Translations under genes and position numbers: made by a program | Notes under the pieces: generated by a model | What the model saw: the letters and a program-made list of their open reading frames with translations, nothing else | Told to the model about the DNA's origin: nothing | Database searches by the model: none | Part shown: piece by piece, positions 10,222-20,678 of the stretch | How the letters are laid out: each line of letters opens with the position of its first letter | Numbering within the stretch: position 1 is the first letter of the stretch | From: Alphaproteobacteria bacterium | Lineage (GTDB): Bacteria; Pseudomonadota; Alphaproteobacteria; Bin95 | Assembly (NCBI GenBank): GCA_963665325.3 | Contig: CAXXWS020000002.1 | Location: forward strand, 416,001 to 480,000 | Direction: 5' to 3' | Length of the DNA stretch: 64,000 nt

Positions 10222-11118
10222 ATGGTCGGTTTGACAGGAATTGGAAGAGCGAAATATGCGACCGGAACACGTCTCGGGACCAGCGCCGGCCGGGGGTGGA
10301 ACGGGTTGCTCGCGGAACGTTGGGCCCATTCGGAGGGCGATCTCGGGGAGGTTGAGCAGCACAACCTGGAGGTTATCGTCATGCTTCGCGGTTGCTTGCA
10401 CGTTCGGCGGCGGGGCGGCGGCCGACTGGAGTATCACGCTGCGGTGCCGGGTACGGTTTGGCTGTGCCCTCCCGGTATTCGTGAAGACATGATCCACTTG
10501 TACGGCGAAGTTCGCGAGAGCCTGCATCTCTACCTGCCCGCCTTGCCGCTTGCGGCGACGGCGCTCAGAGAAATCGATGTCGATCTCGACAATGTCTCGC
10601 TGCGGTACAAGGGAGGCTTTCGCGATCCTTTGGTCGAACAGGTCGCCAGGACGATTCACGCCGAGATGATCGACCCGGTGGCGGCGGGGAAATTACTGGT
10701 GGAAAGCCTGGCAGCCGCCCTCGGAGTCCATATCCTGCAGCATTACTCCAGCCTGGACTCGTCGCCGCTGCCGCTGCCAAGTGTCCGCGGCGCCCTCGAC
10801 CTCCGGCGGCTGCAGCGGGTCAAGGACTTCATCGAGGCTCATCTCGGTGACGACCTGACTATCGAAGCTCTTGCGAACGAAGCCTGCCTCAGCCCGTTTC
10901 ATTTCGCCCGGGCCTTCAGGGCGGCTACCGGGACGCCGCCGCATCGCTACCTGATGGACCGCCGCATCGCGCGGGCCGGGACGCTGATTGCCGAAGGCCG
11001 GCTGTCGCTCGCCCAGATCGCCGATGTGTGCGGGTTCTCCTCCCAGGCGCATTTCACGCGATGGTTCAAGCGAAGTGTCGGAGTCACGCCCGGCGTTTAC
11101 CGCGCGCAGTGTGAGTAG
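10222..11118 (+). CDS. AraC family transcriptional regulator
   Basis: LSPFHFARAF...GFSSQAHFTRWFKR.VGVTPG double HTH; GGAGAGG RBS. Confidence 0.92.
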   Translation: MVGLTGIGRAKYATGTRLGTSAGRGWNGLLAERWAHSEGDLGEVEQHNLEVIVMLRGCLHVRRRGGGRLEYHAAVPGTVWLCPPGIREDMIHLYGEVRESLHLYLPALPLAATALREIDVDLDNVSLRYKGGFRDPLVEQVARTIHAEMIDPVAAGKLLVESLAAALGVHILQHYSSLDSSPLPLPSVRGALDLRRLQRVKDFIEAHLGDDLTIEALANEACLSPFHFARAFRAATGTPPHRYLMDRRIARAGTLIAEGRLSLAQIADVCGFSSQAHFTRWFKRSVGVTPGVYRAQCE

Positions 11119-11317
11119 TCTCTCGGCGAGCCGGAGACAGCAAGGAAACGAAACGGTCCAGCAGGTCCGCGGGATACTTGACGCCTCCGCCCGGCGAAAA
11201 TCCGAAATGTGCCGAACACCGGAAGCGTCAGGGGGAACCCGGGTTCACGCGAACCGGCCGACCACGACGCTGACGGAGGAGGCACATGCCTGGAGCAATC
11301 AACGAGGACCGTTCAAC

Positions 11318-11758
11318 ATGCCAGTCGACATCGCTTCCGGGACGCCCGAAACCCTGACGGCAACGGTGCGCAACGAGTTGTCCGAAATCGCCCTTTTGGC
11401 GAAGAAGTTGGATGAGTTCGGCGTGCAAAACAATGTTCCTGCCAATGTGATTGACAACTTCAACTTGGCCCTCGAAGAACTCCTGACCAATGTCATTAGC
11501 CACGGATATGTTGAGAGCAACCAAGACTGCGAAATCAGAGTGAGTGTCGTCGTGGCCGGCCGCACTATGGCGGCTCGCATCGAGGACGATGCCAGGGCAT
11601 TCAACCCGTTGTTGATGCCGCTAGCGGATATCGGCGCGGCAATCGAAAAACATCCCTGCCAGGGGCTTGGCATCCATTTGGTCAGGACGGTCGTTGACAG
11701 CGTCACCTACGAGCGCCGTGACGAGTGCAACTGCGTCACGATCTCAAAGGCCTTCTAA
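11318..11758 (+). CDS. RsbW-like anti-sigma factor/ATP-binding protein (HATPase_c_2)
   Basis: LALEELLTNVISHGY, DDARAFNP, GLGIHLV. Confidence 0.82.
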   Translation: MPVDIASGTPETLTATVRNELSEIALLAKKLDEFGVQNNVPANVIDNFNLALEELLTNVISHGYVESNQDCEIRVSVVVAGRTMAARIEDDARAFNPLLMPLADIGAAIEKHPCQGLGIHLVRTVVDSVTYERRDECNCVTISKAF

Positions 11759-11785
11759 GGACCTGCGCGGGCCCTGCGGCGTCGG

Positions 11786-12460
11786 TCAGCCCCTGATGAC
11801 ATGCTCCTTGGTCACGACGAAGGCGAGACGGGCCTCGTCGATGAAAGCGGCTTCGTCGGCGCGAGTGTTCGCATAGGCCTCTGACGCTGCGGACGCCCGC
11901 ATGGCGTCCGTGTCGTCGAACCATGTGATGGCGAGCCCGTCCAGCGGCGGCTGCCTCCCGTCCCGGTAGGCGCCGGGGCGGACATGGTTCTGCACATAGC
12001 GGCGTATCTGCGCGATCCCGGCGGCGATGGGGCCGTGGGTGCCGCGCCAGTAGTCCTGGAAGGCTCCGACCTCCATGCCGGGCCTGCGCAGGATGAGTTC
12101 GATATTCTTCACCCCGTCCGCGGGCCGCTCGCCGTCCACGATGACATGCTCCTCGACCAGCAGGGTCGCCATGCTGTCCCGGTCGATGAAGCGAGCCTCG
12201 TCCTCGCAGAGCGCGTCGAATTCCGGGAGTGAGGCGTTGCGCCGGAGCGTCTCCATGTCCTCCCACCAGGTCTCGGCGACGCCGTCGCAGGCGAGTTCGC
12301 CCTTGCGGTAGCCGCCGGGCAGCGGGTGGTTCTGGCAGTAGCGCACCAGCCCCGGCATCTTCAGCACGGCCTTGGGATGTTCGTTCAGCCAGTAGGAGCG
12401 GAATGCCTCAAGCTCCATGCCGGGCTTGCGCTTGAAGACGATGGCGGCCTTGACGGTCAT
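11786..12460 (-). CDS. Tandem EthD-domain protein
   Basis: Two repeats of R(K/R)PGME..AF..YW...H...RY.QNH...DG. Confidence 0.85.
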   Translation of the reverse strand: MTVKAAIVFKRKPGMELEAFRSYWLNEHPKAVLKMPGLVRYCQNHPLPGGYRKGELACDGVAETWWEDMETLRRNASLPEFDALCEDEARFIDRDSMATLLVEEHVIVDGERPADGVKNIELILRRPGMEVGAFQDYWRGTHGPIAAGIAQIRRYVQNHVRPGAYRDGRQPPLDGLAITWFDDTDAMRASAASEAYANTRADEAAFIDEARLAFVVTKEHVIRG

Positions 12461-12486
12461 TGCCGGTCCTTTCCCTTTTTCGATGC

Positions 12487-13245
12487 TCAGACGGTCAGGT
12501 AGCCGCCGTCGGCGGCAAGGGTGATGCCGGTGACGTATTGGGCCAGGTCCGAGACCAGGAAGAGCACCGGGCCGGCGATATCCTCCGGTGTGCCGTGGCG
12601 GCCCATCGGGATATGGCGCATCATCCGCTCCAGCGCTTCCGGCTTCTTCTGGATACCTTCCTCGTTGATCGGCGTGAAGATGAGGCCGGGTGCCACGGCA
12701 TTGACGCGGATGCCGAAGGGCCCGAGCTCCGCCGCCAGCCCCACGGTGAAGTTCTTCACCGCGCCCTTCGAGGTCGTATAGACGACCGAGTTGGGGGTGT
12801 GGACGTTGGACTGGATCGAGCCGGTATTGACGATCCGCCCCTTCGTTTCCTTCAACTGCTCCAGGAAGGCGTGGGTCATGTAGAACAGGGCGTTCACATT
12901 GACCGCCACCGTATCTTCCCAGTCCTGCCGCGCCGTGTTGGACGAGAGGCCTGCCCGGCGCACGATGCCGGCATTGTTGAACAGGATCGAGGCCGGGCCG
13001 ATCTCGATATGCACCCTGCCGGCGAGCGCTTGGCAGGCGTCCGCATCGGTGACATCCACCGAGTAGGCCCGCGCCGCCGGGCCGATTTCGCTGACGACCG
13101 CGTCGGCCTTCGCGCCGTCTATATCCACGACCGCGACCTGCGCGCCCGCCTCGGCGAGCACATGCGCCGTGCCGCGCCCGATGCCGGAACCGCCGCCGGT
13201 GATGACGGCGATATGCCCGTCCAGCAGGCCCTTGGGAACGATCAT
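12487..13245 (-). CDS. SDR oxidoreductase
   Basis: TGGGSGIG, NNAG, YTTSK. Confidence 0.92.
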   Translation of the reverse strand: MIVPKGLLDGHIAVITGGGSGIGRGTAHVLAEAGAQVAVVDIDGAKADAVVSEIGPAARAYSVDVTDADACQALAGRVHIEIGPASILFNNAGIVRRAGLSSNTARQDWEDTVAVNVNALFYMTHAFLEQLKETKGRIVNTGSIQSNVHTPNSVVYTTSKGAVKNFTVGLAAELGPFGIRVNAVAPGLIFTPINEEGIQKKPEALERMMRHIPMGRHGTPEDIAGPVLFLVSDLAQYVTGITLAADGGYLTV

Positions 13246-14033
13246 CGCACCGCCTCTTCGTCCACCGGGACGGTGTACATCAGCGGCAGCCGCCCGCCTT
13301 CGGCAAAGATCACCTGCCCGGTGACATAGGAGGAATCATCGCTCGCAAGGAAGAGTGCGACGGAGGCGATCTCGTCCGGCTCGGCCGCGCGTCCGATAGG
13401 CGTGCGCGAGAGCACCTTGCGGCGCGATTCCGGCGAGGAGAACACCATCTCGCGCATGAGCTCGGTGTTGGTGGAGCCAGGCCCGACGGCGTTGACGCGG
13501 ATGCCCTTGTCGATGAGCGCCAGCGCCATGCCGGCCGTCATCAGGTTCACCGCCGCCTTGCTGGTGCAATAAGGAATCTGGGTCGGGATGACCCGCTTGC
13601 CTGCAATGGAGCCGATGGTGACGATGGCCCCGCCGTCGCCCTGCGCCGCCATCTGGCGCGCCGCTGCCTGGGTCGTCAGCATGACGCCGTTGACATTAAC
13701 CCGCATTACCCGGTCGAAGTCGGCTTCCTCCAGGTCGAGGAAGTCCGCCTCATAGCCGATGCCGGCATTGGCGACCGCGATGTCGAGCCGCCCGTAGCGC
13801 TCCACTGCGAGCGCCACCATGTCCTTGAGCTCGCCCGAGCGGGTCACGTCGCAGGTTGTCGCCGAGCACACGGCCGCGTCGTTCGAGATCGCGCGGGCGG
13901 CCGACTCGGCCTTGCCGCCGTCTATATCGGAGAGCAGCACCTTGGCGCCTTCGCGCACGAAGCGGGCGGCAATGGCCTTTCCGATCCCTTGTCCGGCTCC
14001 GGTGACGATGGCGACCTTGTTTTCGAGACGCAT
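13242..14033 (-). CDS. SDR oxidoreductase
   Basis: TGAGQGIG, ANAG, YCTSK; start MRLENK after AAGGAG. Confidence 0.92.
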   Translation of the reverse strand: MRLENKVAIVTGAGQGIGKAIAARFVREGAKVLLSDIDGGKAESAARAISNDAAVCSATTCDVTRSGELKDMVALAVERYGRLDIAVANAGIGYEADFLDLEEADFDRVMRVNVNGVMLTTQAAARQMAAQGDGGAIVTIGSIAGKRVIPTQIPYCTSKAAVNLMTAGMALALIDKGIRVNAVGPGSTNTELMREMVFSSPESRRKVLSRTPIGRAAEPDEIASVALFLASDDSSYVTGQVIFAEGGRLPLMYTVPVDEEAVR

Positions 14034-14227
14034 GGCGGCTCCTTCGACGATGAAATTCTCGGGCAGCCCCACTATAGCCGAGCCGGCCGCTCGCCCGCCA
14101 CGACCCATGGAGCCGGCGGCTACTGCCGAACGCTGTACATCTGTCGGCAAGATGCCGTGTTATCGTTGCAATCGTCGGGAGAGACTCACCGGGTCCTCCG
14201 GCGGAAGGCAAGGATGCAAGGTGGCTC

Positions 14228-16195
14228 ATGCGCTACTCGGAGCCCGCGTTCGACCCATCCCTGGCGATGGTCTATCGGCAGGCCCGGGAAGCGGCCGGCT
14301 CCCCTGTCTCCGAGATGGACAGCTGGACCCTGGAACTGCTGGTCGGCGTGGACAGCGGGCTCGAGGCTCTGGACGCGCCTCTGCCAGGCCCCGGCCTGCA
14401 ACAGGTTGCCGACGCCGTCGGGGAGCGGACCGCTCGCCGCCATTCGACCTCTTGCCACACGGTCGGCGGCGACCTGGTCCGGGTCCTGCCCGCCTGGTTG
14501 CTGGACGACGGGCGCGGCGAACCGGGACGCAGTCTTTGCATTGTCTCCGGTCCGTTCGCGGCGAATGTCCACATTGCGGACGCGCTTACCACGAAGCCGT
14601 TTCCGGCCAAGCGGCTGCGAACTTACGTCCTGCGCCGCCGCCGGCCCTCGAAACGGCGCCGGCGAAGGCTGGCGGCGGAAGCGGACCTCCTGCTCGCGTC
14701 ACTGGAACGGGTCCTCGGCGAGGTGCCGGAAAGCGCCGGCCTTCTTCGGCGGATGGCCGACTATCCCGCCGATGCGGAGCGCGAGGCGCTGGCGGTCTGG
14801 AACGGCTTCGTCGACGAGTGCCGGAACAGGGTAGGGCGACAGGCGCTCAAGGCCGGGTTGACACTGGAGGGGCTGGCGCTCGTCGCGCAAGGCCGCGACG
14901 GGGGGAGGGACCGGCAGTGGTTCCTTCAGCATTACCCCTGGGCTTTCGCTGCGGCGCTGGAGACCGTCGATGCCGAACAGCTGCTGTGCGGCATCGACAG
15001 GAACCGGGCCAACGCGCGCGCTGTGGCGGAGCGGTTGCTCTGCTGCCGGCGGCTCGAGGAATGCCCGAAGGCGCGCTATGTGGCGCGGCGGATGCCGAAA
15101 TACCGTGCCGACCCGGGCCTGCTGCATGTGCTGGGCCGGTATGGCGGGCGGCAGGACACCCGGCTCCGCGGGATATTGCTGGAAGCGAATGCGCGCGACC
15201 GCGGCGCATTGCTGGCGCATGTCCTCCGCGACAGCGCAAGGACGCGCAGGCAACTCGGTTTCGCGGCGCAGGCCATCGTTCGTGCAGGAGAACTGGGCGG
15301 GGACATGAAAACGCGCCACGAGGGCGGCGTGCTGGCATTCCGCAGCTTCGCCTGGAGCGGCCACGACCCCGCCGGCGCCGATCCGGCGCTGCTGGTCGAA
15401 GGGCTCGCCGCGGTCTCGGCCGATTGCCTGGCCGGCTTCGCGGTCCGCTTCTTGGACGATACGGCCGACACGGTGGAGCCGGATCCGGTCGATTGCGGGA
15501 TTCTCGTGCTGACAGGCCTGCTGCAAGGGGCCGGCCGGCCCGAACTGACGGGAAGGCAACTGCTCGCGTTCGCGGAAGGGGCGGCGGCCCGCTGCATCCA
15601 TCTCATTCAAATTCTCGAACGCGCCGATATCGGCTCCCAATGGCCCGATCCGCCCGGTTGGAGCGCCGGTGCCGGGGGCGATGAAATACTGTTTCTGGCG
15701 ACCCCCGACGCAGTGCGCCGGGAGGGCAAGGCGATGGAGAACTGCCTGCGTTATGCCGAGTCCTACATTCACGGAGCGGCCACGGGCCGCTTGGCCTTGT
15801 TCTCGATCCGGGCGCCGGGCGGCGCGCAAGCGACGCTCAGCCTTGCAGCCGTCCAGAGCCTCGACAGGGACGGCATCCGGGTCGACGGCTACGAAATCGA
15901 CGAACTCCGCGGCTTCGCCAACAGGGAACCCGACCCCGCCTGCCGGGCCATCGCGGAACGGGTCGCGAGCAGCCAGAACGACTACTGCCCCCGCGTTCTG
16001 GCGCCGGAAGAGGCGCTCCGCCGCGCGCAGGTCCGCCGGACGCTGAACGAGCGCCGGAGTTTCAACGAAGACCCCGATGTCGCCGTGGAACGCTGGCGCG
16101 AACTCTACATGCCGCTCCTGCCCAGGCGCTTCGCCGAACTCTCCCCGCAGAAGGTGGTGGAGGAGTGGTTCCGGAAGCGCGCCGGGGGCGCTTGA
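14228..16195 (+). CDS. Hypothetical protein with C-terminal PcfJ-like domain
   Basis: VRREGKAMENCL...Y...GRLALFSIR...ELRGFANREP resembles the PcfJ motif. Confidence 0.6.
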   Translation: MRYSEPAFDPSLAMVYRQAREAAGSPVSEMDSWTLELLVGVDSGLEALDAPLPGPGLQQVADAVGERTARRHSTSCHTVGGDLVRVLPAWLLDDGRGEPGRSLCIVSGPFAANVHIADALTTKPFPAKRLRTYVLRRRRPSKRRRRRLAAEADLLLASLERVLGEVPESAGLLRRMADYPADAEREALAVWNGFVDECRNRVGRQALKAGLTLEGLALVAQGRDGGRDRQWFLQHYPWAFAAALETVDAEQLLCGIDRNRANARAVAERLLCCRRLEECPKARYVARRMPKYRADPGLLHVLGRYGGRQDTRLRGILLEANARDRGALLAHVLRDSARTRRQLGFAAQAIVRAGELGGDMKTRHEGGVLAFRSFAWSGHDPAGADPALLVEGLAAVSADCLAGFAVRFLDDTADTVEPDPVDCGILVLTGLLQGAGRPELTGRQLLAFAEGAAARCIHLIQILERADIGSQWPDPPGWSAGAGGDEILFLATPDAVRREGKAMENCLRYAESYIHGAATGRLALFSIRAPGGAQATLSLAAVQSLDRDGIRVDGYEIDELRGFANREPDPACRAIAERVASSQNDYCPRVLAPEEALRRAQVRRTLNERRSFNEDPDVAVERWRELYMPLLPRRFAELSPQKVVEEWFRKRAGGA

Positions 16196-16245
16196 CCAGG
16201 GCGCGCCCCGCTGCCCATATCGGAGGGACGGCAGCGGGAGGCGGC

Positions 16246-16959
16246 ATGGAAGATTTTTCGGGATTGGGCCGGAAACGGCTAGAGCGGATGGCCGCCGCCG
16301 GGCGCGAGGTGCGCGAGGCGGTCCGAGTGCTGGCGAACACGAACGACCATGTGGTCGGAGAGGTGCTGCGCCACCAGGACCCGTTCGAGGTCTGGGACCA
16401 TTACCCGAAGGGCGACGTGTACGACTGGAACACGCACAGCCAGTATTATTTCCACGCCCATCCGCCGTCCGAAAACCGCTTCCCGGAGCACGGTCATTTC
16501 CACACGTTCCTGCGGCCGAAGGGCATGCCGGTGGGCGTGAAGCCCGCACCGGTGGACAGCTTCGCCATGCCGGAGGACCCGGATGACGCGCTCAGCCACC
16601 TGGTCGCCATTTCGGTGGATGAGGAAGGCCGGCCGCTGCGCCTGTTCACCACCAACCGCTGGGTTACGGGCGAGGTCTGGTACACGGCGCGCGATGCGAT
16701 CCGCATGCTGGACCTGTTTAATATCGACCACGCCCGGCCCTCATGGCCGGCGAACCGCTGGGTGACGGCGATGGTGGCGCTCTTCCGCCCGCAGATCGAG
16801 AAGCTGTTGAAGGAGCGCGACACCCGCATCGAACTGCACGCCCGCTTCCGCCCCGACGGCGATGTTTACGAAGACAAGGAGCTGGAAGTGACGTCAGCCG
16901 TCGATATCGCGGTGGACGAGCAGATCGAAGCCGTCGAGGCGGCACTGGCGGCGGCTTGA
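16246..16959 (+). CDS. Conserved His-rich hypothetical protein (DUF6969-like)
   Basis: HYPKGDVYD...QYYFHAH...EHGHFHTF...LFTTNRWVTGE. Confidence 0.7.
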   Translation: MEDFSGLGRKRLERMAAAGREVREAVRVLANTNDHVVGEVLRHQDPFEVWDHYPKGDVYDWNTHSQYYFHAHPPSENRFPEHGHFHTFLRPKGMPVGVKPAPVDSFAMPEDPDDALSHLVAISVDEEGRPLRLFTTNRWVTGEVWYTARDAIRMLDLFNIDHARPSWPANRWVTAMVALFRPQIEKLLKERDTRIELHARFRPDGDVYEDKELEVTSAVDIAVDEQIEAVEAALAAA

Positions 16960-17034
16960 CCGGCTTTTCGTTCGTTCCTACCTTGCCGGCAGCCTTTCCT
17001 CGCTGGCCCGTTCTGCAAGGCCGGAGGGCGCAGG

Positions 17035-17349
17035 ATGCACGAACGCATTTCACGAAAACGCGCCGAGATCGCCGCTTTGTGCGCGCGCTATCGCATCTTG
17101 CGGCTGGAGGTCTTTGGGTCTGGCGCGCGCGGCCACGACTTCGATCCCGAGCGAAGCGACATCGACTTGCTCGTCACTTTTGCGCCGGGCACGCGATACG
17201 ATCTCGATCTTCACATGAGTCTGGAAGAGGCTTTGCAGCAACTCTTCGGCAGGCCGGTCGATCTGCTGACGCGAGAGACAATCGAGTCGAGTCGAAACTA
17301 TCTCCGCCGCCGCAATATTCTGGCCGAAGCCCAGCCTGTCTTCGGTTGA
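17035..17349 (+). CDS. MNT nucleotidyltransferase antitoxin
   Basis: VFGSGARG...SDIDLLV; followed by a HEPN gene. Confidence 0.88.
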   Translation: MHERISRKRAEIAALCARYRILRLEVFGSGARGHDFDPERSDIDLLVTFAPGTRYDLDLHMSLEEALQQLFGRPVDLLTRETIESSRNYLRRRNILAEAQPVFG

Positions 17350-17361
17350 ATTGAATCGGAA

Positions 17362-17712
17362 ATGACAGAGAAGCGGGACTTGGTGCTGCTGCTCGACATG
17401 CTGCAGGCGGCGCAGGATGCGCGCGGCTTCGTCGCCGGAATGAGTCGCGACGAATTCTACAGCAGCAGGCTCCACCAGAATGCCGTGATCCGTTCGCTAG
17501 AGGTGATAGGCGAGGCTGCGGGGAAGGTGTCGTCCGAGACGGTTGGTGCCCAACCCGGCATTCCCTGGAGCAAGATAACCGGTATGCGCCATCGCCTCAT
17601 CCACGACTATTCCGGTGTGCGGATGGACCTTGTCTGGAGCGTGATAGACGCGGAGCTCGATCCTCTGATCTGTGCCCTGGAGGCCCTGGTCTCCGACGAG
17701 GACGGGCCGTGA
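17362..17712 (+). CDS. HEPN/DUF86 RNase toxin
   Basis: LEVIGEAA, PW..I.GMRHRLIHDY (RX4H). Confidence 0.88.
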   Translation: MTEKRDLVLLLDMLQAAQDARGFVAGMSRDEFYSSRLHQNAVIRSLEVIGEAAGKVSSETVGAQPGIPWSKITGMRHRLIHDYSGVRMDLVWSVIDAELDPLICALEALVSDEDGP

Positions 17713-17830
17713 CAGGCGGCGGTTCCCTGGGCCGCGGCGGACTAAATCCATACCGGCACTTGGAACCAAGGCTGTATGGCGCCGCACCCTCGTCCGGAAC
17801 TTGAGGCTGCCGTCGGCGGGAAAGTAGCGA

Positions 17831-18988
17831 ATGGCAGGAGTGGCATCGCTGCATGACTGGCTGGTCGGGGCGGCGTGGGAATGTTCCTCGCCGGGGGCGT
17901 TGACGGCGGCTTACGGGCAGGCGCTGACCGCGGCGGGCGTTCCGGTCTGGCGGGTGCAGGTGGGGCTGCGCACGCTGCATCCGCTGCTGGTGGCGGAGAA
18001 CCACACCTGGCGGGCGGATGCGGACGGCGTGCAGGTCGCCTACACCACCCGCGAGACGGTGAGTTCGGACGCCTTCCTGCGCAGCCCGCTGGCGCCGCTC
18101 TACGAGGGCGCGGGCGCCATCCGCTGCCGCCTTGCAGGCGAGCATGCCGCGCTCGACTACCCGGTCCTGCACGACCTGGCGGCGGCGGGCGCGACGGATT
18201 ATGCGGCGCTGCCGATGTCCTTTTCCGACGGCCAATTGAACGCGGTGACCTTCGCGACGCGGGACGCCAGGGGGTTCACCACCGAGGCGCTCGGCCGGAT
18301 CAGCGCATCGGTCGGGCTGCTGGGCCGGCTGTTCGAGGTCCATATCCTCCGGGCAACGGCGTGCACCCTGCTCGACACCTATCTCGGCCAGCGCTCGGGG
18401 CGGCGCGTGCTGGAAGGCTCGATCCGGCGCGGCGACGGGGAGGAGATCGAGGCGGCGGTCTGGTTCGCCGACCTGCGCGGCTCGACCGCCATGGCCGAAC
18501 GGCTGCCGCGCGGCCTCTATCTCGACGCGCTCAATACCTTCTTCGATGCGACGGCAGGCTCGGTGGCTGACCGGGGCGGGGAAGTGCTGAAATTCATCGG
18601 CGACGCGGTGCTTGCGATCTTTCCGGTCGAGGGTAGCCGGCCGGATGCCTGCATGCGCGCGCTGGCGGCGGCCCGCGCCGCACTTGCTCGTCTCGACGGG
18701 CTGAACGATTACCGCGATCCGGAATGGCCGGAGCTGCGCGCGGCGCTGGCGCTGCATCTGGGCACGATCAGCTTCGGCAATGTCGGCACGGCTGACCGGC
18801 TCGACTTCACGGCCATCGGCCCGGCGGTCAACGAGACAGCGCGCCTCGCCGAAGCCTGCAAGCAGGCCGGGCGGCCGCTGCTCGCCTCGCACGCCTTTGC
18901 GGCTGCGCTGCCGGATTCCTTCGCGCCGCTAGACCGCTTCCGGCTGCGCGGCGTCGCCGAAGCCATGCAGGTCTTCGTCCCGGTTTGA
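17831..18988 (+). CDS. Class III adenylate/guanylate cyclase domain protein
   Basis: FADLRGST, KFIGDAVL, GNVG...RLDFTAIGPAVN. Confidence 0.9.
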   Translation: MAGVASLHDWLVGAAWECSSPGALTAAYGQALTAAGVPVWRVQVGLRTLHPLLVAENHTWRADADGVQVAYTTRETVSSDAFLRSPLAPLYEGAGAIRCRLAGEHAALDYPVLHDLAAAGATDYAALPMSFSDGQLNAVTFATRDARGFTTEALGRISASVGLLGRLFEVHILRATACTLLDTYLGQRSGRRVLEGSIRRGDGEEIEAAVWFADLRGSTAMAERLPRGLYLDALNTFFDATAGSVADRGGEVLKFIGDAVLAIFPVEGSRPDACMRALAAARAALARLDGLNDYRDPEWPELRAALALHLGTISFGNVGTADRLDFTAIGPAVNETARLAEACKQAGRPLLASHAFAAALPDSFAPLDRFRLRGVAEAMQVFVPV

Positions 18989-19064
18989 GCGGAGCAGACG
19001 ACGCCAAGCTGGACGAACGCTCCGCAAAGCGTTAAATATACTACATACTAGAAAGAAGGCTGCC

Positions 19065-19310
19065 ATGCGCACAGTTCCTCTTATGACGGCCAATCAGGAA
19101 TTCTCCAGGCTTGTCCGCGAGGTGGAGCGGGGCGAGTCCGTCGTGATTACCAGGCGAGGCCGCCCGATAGCCAGACTGGTCCCTCACAGCACCGACAAGA
19201 CTGCCGATCCCGACTGGGCGGCGGCTTATCGGAGAATGATGGCGCAGATGAAGGACGGGGCTCCGCTGGGCGGTCTGAAGATCGTGCGGGAAGAGCTTTA
19301 TGACCGTTAG
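19065..19310 (+). CDS. Phd/YefM family antitoxin
   Basis: ANQEFSRLVREVERGESVVITRRGRPIARLVP. Confidence 0.88.
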   Translation: MRTVPLMTANQEFSRLVREVERGESVVITRRGRPIARLVPHSTDKTADPDWAAAYRRMMAQMKDGAPLGGLKIVREELYDR

Positions 19311-19758
19311 AGGCCGCTTCTCGCTCGACACCAACATTCTCGTCTATGCGGTGGACCGCAATGCCGGCGAACGGCAACTCCAGGCCGGAGAGCTTGTCGG
19401 GCGGGCGGCGCGGCGCGATTGCGTGCTCACGATGCAGGCGCTGGCCGAGTTCTTTCATGCAACGACGCGCAAGAACCTTCTTTTGCCCGCCCGTGCAAGA
19501 GCGTTCGTCCGGAACTGGTTCGATGTCTTCCAGGTCGTCTCGGCCGATGCCGCAGCACTCGCTGACGCCATGGACGCAGTCGAGGAGCACCGTTTTTCGT
19601 TCTGGGACGCGATGCTCTGGGCCACGGCAAGGCAAAGCGGCTGCTCGGCGCTACTCAGCGAGGACATGCAGGATGGCAGGCGCCTCGGAGGCGTCGAGAT
19701 AATCGATCCCTTCGCTCCTGACGCCGAGACCCGCCTTGAAATGTTGCTGGAGGAATGA
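19300..19758 (+). CDS. PIN-domain (VapC-like) toxin
   Basis: LDTNILVYA, FWDAM, LLSEDMQDG. Confidence 0.9.
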   Translation: MTVRGRFSLDTNILVYAVDRNAGERQLQAGELVGRAARRDCVLTMQALAEFFHATTRKNLLLPARARAFVRNWFDVFQVVSADAAALADAMDAVEEHRFSFWDAMLWATARQSGCSALLSEDMQDGRRLGGVEIIDPFAPDAETRLEMLLEE

Positions 19759-19780
19759 GGCCGCGGTCTGCCCCGCGCCG

Positions 19781-20584
19781 TCAGCTTCCCGCGCCGATCA
19801 GCTCCGCATAGGCGTCGTTCACCTCGCCGATGATCTCGTCATGCATGACGCCCATGCAGGACCGGAAGCCGTAGAGCCTGACATTGTCCACCGCATTCAC
19901 AGTCTTGCAGTCGTCATAGGCGCTCCTCGCCATGGACTGGGCATCGGGCGACTCGCGTTCCGGCTCCGACTGGATCCATGCCTTCCGCCGCTCGCGGCGC
20001 GTGGTCGGCCGGTCGGCCGGCACGGCGTTCAGCACGTCGCGCACGATTCGCGTTGCGCCGACCTGGTCGGGATGTTCCTCAATGGCATATTTGGCCGCCT
20101 GGCGCGCAGTCGTGGCGAGGAAAGCGAGGTCATCCTCGTCCTGCCCCCGGGGATCGCCGGCGACCGCCTGCGGCACCAGCATGACGGGTTCGCTGACCTG
20201 CACCGAAAGACGGGTTACCCCATATTCGCGCAGCACGGGCGCCGGAACGGTCAGCATGACGGCGGAGTGGTCGCGCTCCGCGGTCAGTATGGCGCTGCTC
20301 TCAAGCGGCAGCACGATCTTGCCGCCGTCTTCTCGATGGCCGACCAGCCGGATCGCGCCCCGCTGGTCCGCCATCGCCAGAATGTTGTAGCGGTGTCCGA
20401 ATTCGGGATTCGGGCGCTCGGGCTGCAGGCAGAAGGTGGTGATCTCCGCCCGGCAGGCCGCGCCCGAACATGCGAGATGCACCTCTCCGCTGCCGGCAGC
20501 CACCATCAGGGCCTGGGGCGCAGCAGCGGCTCCTCCGGCGGCGAGGGCGAAAGCGGCGGCAAGACCGGGCAACAGACGGCGCAT
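19781..20584 (-). CDS. Hypothetical exported protein
   Basis: Signal-peptide-like MRRLLPGLAAAFALAAGGAAAAP; GAGGAGG RBS; several Cys. Confidence 0.65.
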   Translation of the reverse strand: MRRLLPGLAAAFALAAGGAAAAPQALMVAAGSGEVHLACSGAACRAEITTFCLQPERPNPEFGHRYNILAMADQRGAIRLVGHREDGGKIVLPLESSAILTAERDHSAVMLTVPAPVLREYGVTRLSVQVSEPVMLVPQAVAGDPRGQDEDDLAFLATTARQAAKYAIEEHPDQVGATRIVRDVLNAVPADRPTTRRERRKAWIQSEPERESPDAQSMARSAYDDCKTVNAVDNVRLYGFRSCMGVMHDEIIGEVNDAYAELIGAGS

Positions 20585-20678
20585 CGGTGTGTTCCTCCTC
20601 CGTACCTCCTGTCGTCCTGCGACAGGACGAACCATGCTGCCCCTCCGGCGGCGGCCCGTCAACGCTGCGCAGACCGGG

